From Microbacteriaceae bacterium (lineage in GTDB: Bacteria; Actinomycetota; Actinomycetes; Actinomycetales; Microbacteriaceae), in assembly GCA_052085045.1 (NCBI GenBank), contig JBQDFB010000003.1, positions 10,391 to 74,390 of the forward strand: a stretch of DNA of 64,000 bases, read 5' to 3'. The notes under the pieces are model-generated. The model worked only from the letters and a program-made list of their open reading frames with translations. It was not told where the DNA came from and did not search any database. Position 1 is the first letter of the stretch. Each line of letters opens with the position of its first letter. Both the position numbers and the translations under genes were made by a program. Shown piece by piece: positions 49,734 to 59,350 of the stretch.

Positions 49734-51980
49734 TCAGAGGTGACGCCCGGTCCGGTGCGCGAGGGCGGTCAGCTCGACGCGATTGCGGACGCCGAGAGTG
49801 CTCATCACCCGCCCGATATGAACCTCCACCGTGCGGACCGAGATGTCCAGCGCGGTGGCGACCTCGCCGTTAGTGAGGCCCTCGATGACGCGCATGGCCA
49901 CCTCGAGCTCGCGGTCCCTGAGCACCGCCGACCAGGCGACGCGGCAGTTCTCGACGGGGTCGATGTCGGTGACGATCGCGATCGGCGCCGTCGGCTCCTG
50001 ACTCCGCGCGTTCAGGTGAGCGCCGAGCCGGGCTATCCGATCATCCACGACGTCGCGCCATGCCGGGGTTCCAGCGTCTTCGAACAGGCTGCGCGCCGCG
50101 CGCAGGTGACGTCGCCCGGCGAGCACGTCGCCGTGGACGACACAGGCGGATCCGAGCAGTGCCTCGACCCTTCCCCGGCAGAACGACGAGCGCAGTCCGC
50201 GCCCCGCGGCCGCGATGTCGTCGTGCTCTCGCCGCCAGCTCGCCTCAGGCAGCCGTCGGATGCGCACGAGCAGTTCGCGCGTTGTGCGCTGCTCGGGAGG
50301 CTCCACGCGCTGCCGATCGGCGATCGGCCCCACCTCGTCAAGTCCCAGCAGGCTCAGTGCTGACTCTTCCGCTCCCCGGTCGTGCCAGAGCGCGAGCTCC
50401 GAGTCGGCCTGCTCCCGCGCGCCGCCGAGGTAGGCAGACAGTCCCCGATCGACGATCGCGTCGATCCGGATGCCGCGGGGCAGCGTCGCCGCCAGGGTCT
50501 GGGGCAGCACCCCCGTACCGCCGAGGGCGTTGATGTCGAGACGGCGGGCCAGTACCGCGCCCAGGCCCGCGAACGGGACGCCGATCGGAAGGTCGATGGA
50601 TGCCGATGACAGCCGTTCGCGCGCCGTTCCGATGTCGCCGCGCCAGAAGTGCAGCAGCGCTTCGGTGACGGCGAGATGAGCGCCCACGAGCGGGCTGCGT
50701 TCGAAGCCGGCCATCAGTGGGTCCGTCTCGCTGATGTGCGCAGAGGATGTGCGGGCCAGCAGCTGCAGCCCGCGTTCGACGTCGCCGTCGACAGCGGCTC
50801 GCAGCGCGCCGACGACACCGCCCGAGAACGGTCCGGGCGCGGCGACGCTGTCGTCGTCGCCCGTCTCGCCGGTGAGGATCCAGCACAGGGTGACGGCCGG
50901 TTCTCGGATCGCTCCGCCGGCCCCCGCGCGCGCGTCGGCGTCACGCAGCTCTGCCAGCCACATCCGCATCGACGTCGTCGCAGCGCGCTCAGCGCACATC
51001 ACCGCCGCCAGCCCCGCCGTGCGCGCCCAATCCCACCACTGCTGGGGGTCTGCTGTTCGCGGACGGTGCTCTGCCGCGTCGATGGTGGGGATCATCCCGT
51101 GCGCGCACGTCTCGGCGATGAGCAGGCTGCCCAGTGCCCGGCTGCGCACCGACACGTCGCTCTGTGGGAAGAGTCCGCCGAGCCAATCACCGGCGTCTTC
51201 GAAGCAGCCCGAAGCGACCGCGGCCGAGCCGGCGATCAGCCGGGCTTCATCGCGGTCGGGCCCCTCGGCGTGATCTGCGGCCTCGACGGCGACGATGAAA
51301 GCCAGATCCGTGTGGCCGGAGTCAGACAGCTCGCGGGCTGCTGCGATGAGGTCGGGGGCGACAGCGGGCGTCCGCTCGAACGCACCGCATGCCAGGTGCC
51401 AGGTCGCCCGCAGTGGGGCAAGGCGCTGCCGAGATCCGTGCTGTCCAGCCTCATGCGGCACGGCATCGCGCTGTCGATGCGCCGTCTGCAGGCGTTCGTG
51501 CGCGCTGATCAGGTCTGGGGCCGATGCCGTGTGCTCCAGCCAGATCGCCATGCGCTCGTCGGTGAGTCGACAGCGCCCGTTGGAGATCCTCAGGTGGGTG
51601 CCCAGCACTCCGGTCGCGAGGGTCTGTGCGGTCCGCTGCGATGCGGCGAGCAGCAGGTCGAGATCGTCATCGGTGCGGAGGGCTGCCAGCAGGAGCACCC
51701 GGAGATCGTCGTCGACGAGTTCGAGGCTGTCGAAGGATCGTGAGATCGAGGGCACGAGCGGGAGCAGTCGTGGCAGCATCCGCTGTCCGGTGCGCTGCGC
51801 GTCTGTCAGCTCCGCCGCCACTTCGTGCACCGTCAGCGCATCGCCGTTGAGCCGCCGGAGCAGCTTCGCGACGACGTGCGGTGCGGTCGGACGGCCGGTC
51901 GCGAGCAGCTCGGACACGATCTGGCGGACGCCGATCGCCGTCGACTGCGAGGGCAGGTGGTCCTGCCGTGCCGTCTTCAT
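49734..51980 (-). CDS. Large LuxR-C-terminal transcriptional regulator (LAL-like, no recognisable Walker A)
   Basis: C-terminal LRDRELEVA...GLTNGEVA..LDISVRTVEVH..LGVRNR; helical body. Confidence 0.8.
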   Translation of the reverse strand: MKTARQDHLPSQSTAIGVRQIVSELLATGRPTAPHVVAKLLRRLNGDALTVHEVAAELTDAQRTGQRMLPRLLPLVPSISRSFDSLELVDDDLRVLLLAALRTDDDLDLLLAASQRTAQTLATGVLGTHLRISNGRCRLTDERMAIWLEHTASAPDLISAHERLQTAHRQRDAVPHEAGQHGSRQRLAPLRATWHLACGAFERTPAVAPDLIAAARELSDSGHTDLAFIVAVEAADHAEGPDRDEARLIAGSAAVASGCFEDAGDWLGGLFPQSDVSVRSRALGSLLIAETCAHGMIPTIDAAEHRPRTADPQQWWDWARTAGLAAVMCAERAATTSMRMWLAELRDADARAGAGGAIREPAVTLCWILTGETGDDDSVAAPGPFSGGVVGALRAAVDGDVERGLQLLARTSSAHISETDPLMAGFERSPLVGAHLAVTEALLHFWRGDIGTARERLSSASIDLPIGVPFAGLGAVLARRLDINALGGTGVLPQTLAATLPRGIRIDAIVDRGLSAYLGGAREQADSELALWHDRGAEESALSLLGLDEVGPIADRQRVEPPEQRTTRELLVRIRRLPEASWRREHDDIAAAGRGLRSSFCRGRVEALLGSACVVHGDVLAGRRHLRAARSLFEDAGTPAWRDVVDDRIARLGAHLNARSQEPTAPIAIVTDIDPVENCRVAWSAVLRDRELEVAMRVIEGLTNGEVATALDISVRTVEVHIGRVMSTLGVRNRVELTALAHRTGRHL

Positions 51981-52066
51981 CGAACGTCGTCCCAAACTTC
52001 TCAGCCACGCGTCGCCATCCGCGAGCCGACGACGGCGAAAAGGCTAACAGGTGTGCGGGCCGTCAG

Positions 52067-52504
52067 CTACTTCGCTTCGTCGTCGCCGTCATCTGCACGG
52101 ACGTACGGATCCGCTTCACCGGCGTGGGTCGCCGAAGACGCCATCTTCGCCACTTCGGCGTCGCGCTCCTGCGCCTCGCGCAGCAGCGCAGAGATGTTGT
52201 CGGCGTTCTCCGGCAGAGCATCGGGGATGAACTCCAGCGTCGGCACCAGACGGGTGCTGAGCTGACGACCGACTTCGCTCCGCAGCATCCCGGTCGCCGA
52301 GGTGAGGGCGGCTGCGCTGGAGACGCGCTCCTCATCGGTGCCGAGCACCGTGTAGAAGACGGAGGCGTGCTGGAGGTCACCCGAGACGCGGACGTCGGTG
52401 ATGGTCACGAATCCGAGACGCGGGTCACGCAGTCCCTTCTCCAGGCGTTCGGCCAGGATGACGCGGATGCGGTCCGCCAGTCGGGCCTGTCGTTCTCCAG
52501 CCAT
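52067..52504 (-). CDS. rbfA: Ribosome-binding factor A
   Basis: RDPRLGFVTITDVRVSGDLQHA, PTLEFIPD. Confidence 0.96.
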   Translation of the reverse strand: MAGERQARLADRIRVILAERLEKGLRDPRLGFVTITDVRVSGDLQHASVFYTVLGTDEERVSSAAALTSATGMLRSEVGRQLSTRLVPTLEFIPDALPENADNISALLREAQERDAEVAKMASSATHAGEADPYVRADDGDDEAK

Positions 52505-52563
52505 TTCCTTCTCCTCTGTGACGAATGAGGGGCGCCCGCAGGCGCCCCTCACGTTCGACTGGA

Positions 52564-55257
52564 TCAGCCGCGAGGCTTCTCCACCAGCTCGGTCGTCTCG
52601 ATCTCGTCGCCGACCTGGATATCGTTGTGCTTTCCGAGGCCGATACCGGCTTCGTAGTCCGTGCGGACCTCGGTGACGTCATCCTTGAAGCGGCGCAGCG
52701 ACTCGATGGCCAGGCCATCGGCGAGCACAACGCCGTCGCGGATGACACGGGCCTTCGCGTTTCGGGTGATCGTTCCCGAACGGACGATGACACCGGCGAT
52801 GTTGCCGAACTTCGACGAGCGGAACACCTCGCGGATCTCGGCGACGCCCGACTGGACCTCTTCGAACTCCGGCTTGAGCATGCCCTTGAGGGAGTTCTCG
52901 ATCTCGTCGATCGCCGCGTAGATGACCGAGTAGAACCGGATGTCCACGCCCTCGCGTGCCGAGGCTTCGCGAGCCTTGGTGTCGGGGCGCACGTTGAAGC
53001 CGACGATGATCGCATCATCGATGGTCGCCAGGTTCACGTCGGACTCGGTGATCGCACCCACACCGCGGTGGATGATGCGCAGCTGCACCGAATCGTCGAC
53101 CTCGATCTTGAGGAGCGACTCCTCCAGCGCCTCGACGGCACCGGAGACGTCACCCTTGATGATGAGGTTGAGCGTCTCGACCTTGCCCTCTTCGAGAGCA
53201 CGGGTGAAGTCCTCGAGCGAGATGCGCTTGCGGGCCTTGGCCAGCAGTGCGTTGCGCTGAACGGCTTCACGCTTCTCAGCGATCTGACGCGCCATACGGT
53301 CCTCTTCGGTGACGATGAAGACGTCACCGGCGCGCGGCACCGAGTTCAGACCCTGCACCTGCACCGGACGGGACGGTGCTGCCTCTTCGACAGCGTCGCC
53401 GTTCTCGTCGAGCATGGCGCGGACACGGCCGAAGGCTGTGCCTGCCACGATCGAGTCACCGACGCGCAGCGTTCCGGACTGGATGAGCACGGTGGCGACC
53501 GAACCGCGGCCCTTGTCGAGCTTCGCCTCGATGGCGACGCCACGAGCGAGCTTGTTCGGGTTGGCCGTGAGGTCGAGACCTGCATCGGCGACGAGCAGCA
53601 CGGCATCCAGGAGCTCCTGGATTCCGGTGCCCTGTCGGGCCGAGACGTCGACGAACATGACCTCGCCGCCGTACTCCTCGGCGACCAGACCGTACTCGGT
53701 GAGCTGCTGACGCACCTTCGCCGGGTTGGCCTCGGGCTTGTCGACCTTGTTCACCGCGACCACGATCGGTACGTTCGCCGCCTGGGCGTGGTTCAGCGCC
53801 TCGACCGTCTGCGGCATGATGCCGTCGTCGGCGGCGACCACGAGGATCGCGAGGTCTGTGACCTCCGCACCACGGGCACGCATGGCGGTGAACGCCTCGT
53901 GACCGGGGGTGTCGATGAAGGTCAGTGCCCGCTCGACCTCTTCGTGCTCGGTCCACACCTGGTAGGCACCGATGTGCTGGGTGATGCCGCCGGCCTCGCC
54001 CTCGATGACGTTGGTCTGGCGGATCGCGTCGAGCAGACGGGTCTTACCGTGATCGACGTGTCCCATGACAGTCACCACGGGAGGACGGATCTGGAGCTCG
54101 TCTTCGCTCTCTGCCTCGAGCTCCTTCTCGAGGTCGAGACCGAAGCCCTCCAGGAGCTCCTTGTCCTCGTCCTCGGGCGAGACCATCTGAATCTTGTAGC
54201 CGAGCTCCTCGCCGAGCACCTCGAAGGTGGCCTCGTCCAGCGACTCGGTGGCCGTGGCCATCTCGCCGAGGTTGAAGAGGATCGTGACCAGGGTTCCCGG
54301 CTGCACCGTGTACCCGGTCAGGGTCTCGATCTTGTCCGCGAAGTCGGCGATCGATGCGCCGCGACGCATGCGGATCGTCTCACCGTTGCCGCGTGTGACG
54401 TTGATGCCACCGACAACGGGAGCATCCCGCATCTCGAATTCCTGCCGCTTCGCCCTGCGCGACTTGCGCTGCTTGGACTTGCCGCCTCCCTTTCCGAACG
54501 CGCCTGCGGTACCCCCGCCGGGGCCGCGACCACGGCCGCCGCCACCGGGGCGACCGGCGAAGCCGCCGCCGGGACGTGCACCGGGACCGCCGGGGCCGCC
54601 GCCGGGACGACCGGCGCCGCCGGAGCGCTGCTGGAACGGTGCGCCGGGACGACCGCCCTGGCCGCCGCGAGGGGCGCCGGGACGAGGCGAACCGGGACGA
54701 GGCGCCCCCGGGCGCGGGGCGCCGGGGCGCGGAACCTGCGGACGCGGGATGTTGCCCGGCGTCGGGCGCTGTCCCATGCCCTGCGAGGATGCGAAGGGGT
54801 TGTTGCCGGGGCGCGGACCAGCCGAACGCTGACCCATGCCCTGTGCCGACGAGAACGGGTTATTGCCGGGGCGCGGGGCACCGGGCTTCGGTGCATCAGA
54901 GTCCGCGGCGGGGGCCGCGGGGTCACTCGGAGCGGGATCCGCAGGCGCCTCGGGTGCTGCCGATGCCTCGGCGGCGGGCTTCTCCTCCGGCGCGGGCTTC
55001 GGTCCCGGCTTCGGTCCGGGGGTGGGTGCCTTCGGGCCGGGCTTCGCAGCCGGTTTCGCGGCGGGCTTCTCTTCGGCCTTGGGCTTGATCGTCTCGTCCG
55101 CTTCGATGGCGGCGCGGAGCTTGCGAGCCACCGGCGGCTCGACCGTCGAGGACGGGCTCTTGACGAACTCGCCGAGCTCCTTGAGCTTCGCGAGTGCGGC
55201 CTTGCTGTCGACGCCGAGTTCGGCGGCGATCTCATGTACACGTGGTTTGGCAGCCAC
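52564..55257 (-). CDS. infB: Translation initiation factor IF-2
   Basis: [21 protein letters not shown], Pro/Gly-rich N-terminal region. Confidence 0.98.
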   Translation of the reverse strand: MAAKPRVHEIAAELGVDSKAALAKLKELGEFVKSPSSTVEPPVARKLRAAIEADETIKPKAEEKPAAKPAAKPGPKAPTPGPKPGPKPAPEEKPAAEASAAPEAPADPAPSDPAAPAADSDAPKPGAPRPGNNPFSSAQGMGQRSAGPRPGNNPFASSQGMGQRPTPGNIPRPQVPRPGAPRPGAPRPGSPRPGAPRGGQGGRPGAPFQQRSGGAGRPGGGPGGPGARPGGGFAGRPGGGGRGRGPGGGTAGAFGKGGGKSKQRKSRRAKRQEFEMRDAPVVGGINVTRGNGETIRMRRGASIADFADKIETLTGYTVQPGTLVTILFNLGEMATATESLDEATFEVLGEELGYKIQMVSPEDEDKELLEGFGLDLEKELEAESEDELQIRPPVVTVMGHVDHGKTRLLDAIRQTNVIEGEAGGITQHIGAYQVWTEHEEVERALTFIDTPGHEAFTAMRARGAEVTDLAILVVAADDGIMPQTVEALNHAQAANVPIVVAVNKVDKPEANPAKVRQQLTEYGLVAEEYGGEVMFVDVSARQGTGIQELLDAVLLVADAGLDLTANPNKLARGVAIEAKLDKGRGSVATVLIQSGTLRVGDSIVAGTAFGRVRAMLDENGDAVEEAAPSRPVQVQGLNSVPRAGDVFIVTEEDRMARQIAEKREAVQRNALLAKARKRISLEDFTRALEEGKVETLNLIIKGDVSGAVEALEESLLKIEVDDSVQLRIIHRGVGAITESDVNLATIDDAIIVGFNVRPDTKAREASAREGVDIRFYSVIYAAIDEIENSLKGMLKPEFEEVQSGVAEIREVFRSSKFGNIAGVIVRSGTITRNAKARVIRDGVVLADGLAIESLRRFKDDVTEVRTDYEAGIGLGKHNDIQVGDEIETTELVEKPRG

Positions 55258-55351
55258 AATTCTCCTGTCTGGGTCGGTCTGCCCAGACAGGGCAGACCAC
55301 TAGTCGCGGACGGGTCTCATCTCGAGCCGTTCACTTTGTTTCCATAGCCGT

Positions 55352-55624
55352 TCAGCCTTTGTTCTTCGGAAGGTGCTGTTCGATGGTCTGCGAGACGGCG
55401 GCCTCGGGAAAACCGATGGATGCCGACACGCGTAGTGCTCGTGCGAAGGCCTGACGCCGGATGGCTTTGTCCAGGCACTCACGCGTCGGATGCACCCACG
55501 CGCCCCTCCCCGGCATCACGGCGCGCTCATCGAAGACGAGGATGCCGTGATCGGCCACCACTCTGAGAAGAGCGGATCGGGAAGCACGCATGCGACAGCC
55601 GACGCATGTTCGTACGGGTTCCAT
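55352..55624 (-). CDS. ylxR: YlxR/RnpM family RNA-binding protein
   Basis: PVRTCVGCR, LLRVV, PGRGAWVH; between nusA and infB. Confidence 0.9.
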   Translation of the reverse strand: MEPVRTCVGCRMRASRSALLRVVADHGILVFDERAVMPGRGAWVHPTRECLDKAIRRQAFARALRVSASIGFPEAAVSQTIEQHLPKNKG

Positions 55625-55665
55625 CCTACACCGCGCCGCTGAGTGACGAATCCGTGGCGCGGCCG

Positions 55666-56664
55666 TCACTCATCCAGGATGCTGTCGGGCTGGATGTCGA
55701 TCTTCGCCCCGGTGAGCTTGGCCGCCAGACGCGCATTCTGCCCCTCCTTGCCGATCGCGAGCGACAGCTGGTAGTCGGGAACGAGGGCGCGCACGGCCTT
55801 GGTGCCGGCATCCAGCACGAAGGAGCTGGTGACCTTGGCCGGTGAGAGGGCGTGCGCGACGAAGACAGCGAGATCCGCATTGTGGTCGACGATGTCGATC
55901 TTCTCCCCCTCGAGCTCCTCCGTGACGGCGCGGACGCGTCGGCCGAGCTCTCCGATGCAGGAGCCCTTGGCGTTGATCGACGGGTCGTTCGCCTTCACAG
56001 CGATCTTGGTGCGGTGCCCTGCCTCGCGTGCGAGCGAGACGATCTCGACGAGGCCGGCGGCGATCTCGGGGACCTCCAGGCCGAACAGCTTGCGCACCAG
56101 GCCCGGGTGGGTGCGCGAGACGGTGATCTGCGGCCCTTTCAAGCCCTTGGCGACGCTGGTCACGTACACGCGCAGGCGCGAGCCGTGCGCGTACTCCTCG
56201 CCGGGCACCTGCTCCTCGGGCGGCAGGATCGCCTCGACGGTGCCGAGGTCGACGTGGATCATCCGCGGGTTCGGACCCTGCTGGATGACACCGGCGACGA
56301 TATCGCCTTCTTTGCCGCGGAACTCTCCCAGCACCGCGTCGTCGGCGATGTCGCGCAGACGCTGGCTGATGACCTGCTTCGCCGCGAACGCCGCGATGCG
56401 CCCGAAGTCTTCGGGGGTGGTCTCCTCTTCGCCGACCACGGCGCCCTCGTCATCGGTGACGGGCTGGAGGACGGCGACGTGCCCGCTCTTGCGATCGAGC
56501 TCCACGCGAACGCCTTCGGGGGCCGCGCCCTCGGATGAGACGTGCTTGCCGTAAGCGGTCAGGATGGCCTGCTCGATGATCGCGACGAGTTCGTCGAAGG
56601 GAATCGCCTTCTCCTTCTCGATTCCGCGCAACAGCCCCAGTTCGATCTCCATGACGGTCTCCAT
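55666..56664 (-). CDS. nusA: Transcription termination/antitermination factor NusA
   Basis: FGRIAA, S1 domain, [26 protein letters not shown]; start at 56664 or 56652. Confidence 0.96.
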   Translation of the reverse strand: METVMEIELGLLRGIEKEKAIPFDELVAIIEQAILTAYGKHVSSEGAAPEGVRVELDRKSGHVAVLQPVTDDEGAVVGEEETTPEDFGRIAAFAAKQVISQRLRDIADDAVLGEFRGKEGDIVAGVIQQGPNPRMIHVDLGTVEAILPPEEQVPGEEYAHGSRLRVYVTSVAKGLKGPQITVSRTHPGLVRKLFGLEVPEIAAGLVEIVSLAREAGHRTKIAVKANDPSINAKGSCIGELGRRVRAVTEELEGEKIDIVDHNADLAVFVAHALSPAKVTSSFVLDAGTKAVRALVPDYQLSLAIGKEGQNARLAAKLTGAKIDIQPDSILDE

Positions 56665-56735
56665 ATTCAGCTCTTCGCCGCGGCATCGTGCGCGCGCGGC
56701 ATCCGTACCACGATACCTGGTTCGCGCGGGAGCTG

Positions 56736-57992
56736 TCAGCCGAGCGCTGGACGCTTCGGTCGCGGGTCGTGTCCGCCGAATGCGGCGACGCGATCCCATA
56801 CCCAGTCGGCGAGGCTTTCGGCGATCACGACGTCGTCCCGATCACCCGAGCGTCGCACGAGCCGGCCGAACGCGACGATCGCGAGATATGCGCCGTCGTC
56901 ATCGGTCAGAACCTGATCCCACATCTCGTCCTCGGGCCACTCCGGAAAAGCGTCGGTGTCGGCGTCGATGGCGGCGTCCAGCTCGTCGAGCTCAGCGGCC
57001 GTCATCAGCCGGAACGACTCCTCGAGACCCCACACCGCACCGGTGCCGGGCTCCTGCCCGTCATGCCAACGTACGAGCGTGCGGAGCGGGCGGGTCAGGT
57101 TCGCGGTCTCATCCGGGTCTGCGGGCCCGCGGAGCGTCGCCCGCACAGCATCCGGCAGTACCGCCTCGAGCGCGTCGAGGGCGGACTCGAGGTCGAGCCC
57201 CCGCTCCATGTCCAGCTGGTGCCGCCACGCCGATTCGACGAACCCCGCCGCGCGCATCTTCTCCGGAGGCACGTCGTTCTCCTCGATGATCCGGCGGAAC
57301 TTGTTCGCCAATGAGAGCAGGGTATGCATCAGCTCGTTCTGCGGATCTTCACGCAGCAGCCGCCGTGCCAGGTCTTCGGCATCGTCGAAGCGGTACTGCA
57401 GAAGATACGACCACCCGAGCATCTCGGCTGCCCAGACGTTCGCCGGGTCGGCTTCGATCGCTGCGCGTGCGATCGGGATCTGGCGCTCCGGCGGCGCGAA
57501 GCCCTCGGCGAGGCGCGTGATCTGTGCCGCCAGCGCGGTGCCCAGCATGTCCGGCATCGTGCGCCCGCACATGGCGACGGCATCGTCCATGAGATCCCAG
57601 CCCGCTTCGAAGTCGCCGCAGGCGGCCATCGCGTTGCCGAGCTGCATGTGGTTGAACCACAGCTCGGTGTCTTCTTCGACGGCGGTGATCGCCAGCTCGA
57701 GTGCTCGCGCGTGGTTGCGCTGTCCGAGTTCGAGGTCGCGCAGCCCCGCCGCGGCGTTCGCGAAGAACTGGTCGCGTCGCCCCATCACCTCTTCGTACTT
57801 CTGCCGCGCCTCAGCGACACGGCGTCGGGCGCTGAAGTGATCGGCGAGCAGGATCACCATGCCGGTGCGCCACGGCTCGTCGGCGAGCACCCGGTAGGCG
57901 AGCTCTTCGATCTTCGGGTTCGTCGGCTGCGCGTCGTACAGATCCCAGGCGAGCGTGCGGTCGCGGTCGGTGTAGGTCAGTTCGTCGCTCAT
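56736..57992 (-). CDS. TPR-repeat protein with C-terminal SMI1/KNR4 (SUKH)-like domain
   Basis: TPR-like helices (AIEADPANVWAAEMLGWSY, LLREDPQN); C-terminal LRTLVRWHDGQ...DDDGAYL...IAESLADW. Confidence 0.7.
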   Translation of the reverse strand: MSDELTYTDRDRTLAWDLYDAQPTNPKIEELAYRVLADEPWRTGMVILLADHFSARRRVAEARQKYEEVMGRRDQFFANAAAGLRDLELGQRNHARALELAITAVEEDTELWFNHMQLGNAMAACGDFEAGWDLMDDAVAMCGRTMPDMLGTALAAQITRLAEGFAPPERQIPIARAAIEADPANVWAAEMLGWSYLLQYRFDDAEDLARRLLREDPQNELMHTLLSLANKFRRIIEENDVPPEKMRAAGFVESAWRHQLDMERGLDLESALDALEAVLPDAVRATLRGPADPDETANLTRPLRTLVRWHDGQEPGTGAVWGLEESFRLMTAAELDELDAAIDADTDAFPEWPEDEMWDQVLTDDDGAYLAIVAFGRLVRRSGDRDDVVIAESLADWVWDRVAAFGGHDPRPKRPALG

Positions 57993-59200
57993 CGCATCCC
58001 CCGCGCGACCCGATATGCCCGCAGCTGGTCGAACGTGCCGTCGTCGACGCCGTACTCGAGCACCGGGGCCACCTGATCGAACCAGCTGTTCGTCGACGCT
58101 GTGAGTCCCTGCGCGATCCGCACGAGGTGCTCGGTGGTCACCGGAACGACGGTCCCCGTGCTCATCGACTCGGTCATCGCCTGCTGCAGCGCTGTGGTGG
58201 TCATGTGGCTGAGGTCGGCACCGGAGAACCCGGCTGTCGCCGCGGCGACCTCGACGGCATCGACCTCACCGGCCGGTTTTCCCTCGAGCGCCTGCTGAAT
58301 CATCGCGGCGCGCGCCACGGCGTCCGGCGGCAGCACCAGCACGGTCTTGTCGATGCGCCCGGGCCGGCGCAGCGCCGCGTCGATGTCCCACGGACGGTTC
58401 GTGGCCGCGAGGAAGTAGACGCCCTCGTTGGCGCTGCGCACTCCGTCGAGCTCTTCGAGCAGCTGGGTGAGGATCGAGCGCATGGCCTGCGAGCCGCCGC
58501 CAGAGGAGCGGCGCCCACCGATGGCATCGAACTCGTCGAAGAAGATCACGCACGGTGCGCTCGCGCGCGCGTCGCGGAAGACGCTCTGGATCGCACGCTC
58601 GCTCTCACCGAGCCACTGGCTGAGCAGGTCGGCGAGCGTGACGTGGATGAAGCTCGCCCCCAGATCCCCCGCGATCGCGCGGGCGATGAAGGTCTTGCCG
58701 CAGCCGGGAGGGCCGTACATCAGCAGCGATCCGCCAGGGGTCTGTCCGAAGGCGGCGGCCATCTCGGGGTTGCGCAGCGGAGCGAGGAACGTCTGATCGA
58801 GGTGCTGTTTGACGTCGGCGAGACCGGCGACGTCGGCGAGCGTCACACGCGGGCGTTCCGGGCGCACAGCGGCCGCCTCGGCCGGGTGCCGCTCGCCCTC
58901 TTCCTCGGCGATATCGGGGGCCGGTGCGGGCGTGATCGGCGGGGGCGCGGCCGGTGACGCGCTCTCGGCAGGCGCGCTCGCGGGCCCGCGCAGGCGGGCC
59001 GCCATCGTGCGCGCCTTCAGCAGCCGTACCTTCTGCGCATCACCACCGCGAGCGGCGAACTCCTCGACCTCCTCGGCCGCGCGAGTCGGATCCTCCGACA
59101 GCAGAAGTGCGATGTAGTCCTCGCGCAGGGCGAGGTTGTCCGGATCTGCGGCGACCGCGACGGCGATCACATCGATGAAGTTCTCGTCAGGCATCCGCAT
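57989..59200 (-). CDS. Classical-clade AAA+ ATPase (Vps4/Cdc48-like, single domain)
   Basis: GPPGCGKT, SQWLGESE pore loop, FFDEFD, ATNRPWDIDAALRRPGRID. Confidence 0.92.
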   Translation of the reverse strand: MRMPDENFIDVIAVAVAADPDNLALREDYIALLLSEDPTRAAEEVEEFAARGGDAQKVRLLKARTMAARLRGPASAPAESASPAAPPPITPAPAPDIAEEEGERHPAEAAAVRPERPRVTLADVAGLADVKQHLDQTFLAPLRNPEMAAAFGQTPGGSLLMYGPPGCGKTFIARAIAGDLGASFIHVTLADLLSQWLGESERAIQSVFRDARASAPCVIFFDEFDAIGGRRSSGGGSQAMRSILTQLLEELDGVRSANEGVYFLAATNRPWDIDAALRRPGRIDKTVLVLPPDAVARAAMIQQALEGKPAGEVDAVEVAAATAGFSGADLSHMTTTALQQAMTESMSTGTVVPVTTEHLVRIAQGLTASTNSWFDQVAPVLEYGVDDGTFDQLRAYRVARGMR

Positions 59201-59223
59201 CAGTCTTCCACACGGTCGGCAAC

Positions 59224-59267
59224 GGCAATCGCCTGGTCATCCCTCGGCAACCGCACGGTCATCCGGG
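59224..59267 (+). promoter_or_regulatory. PHO-box-like array of four 11-nt units
   Basis: GGCAATCGCCT-GGTCATCCCTC-GGCAACCGCAC-GGTCATCCGGG upstream of the metallophosphoesterase gene. Confidence 0.6.
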
Positions 59268-59350
59268 ACCGGGATCGTCGCCGTGTACCGTCCCGTCCGC
59301 ACCGTCTGATCGCGGCTCGACATCCCCCCGATAACCGAAGGAAAGCATCC

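Noticed and set aside
54500-55080. Short GC-rich tandem repeats ([16 protein letters not shown])
   Set aside because: Ordinary low-complexity N-terminal region of actinobacterial IF-2
52525-55347. 940-aa plus-strand ORF
   Set aside because: Antisense to infB; shadow ORF
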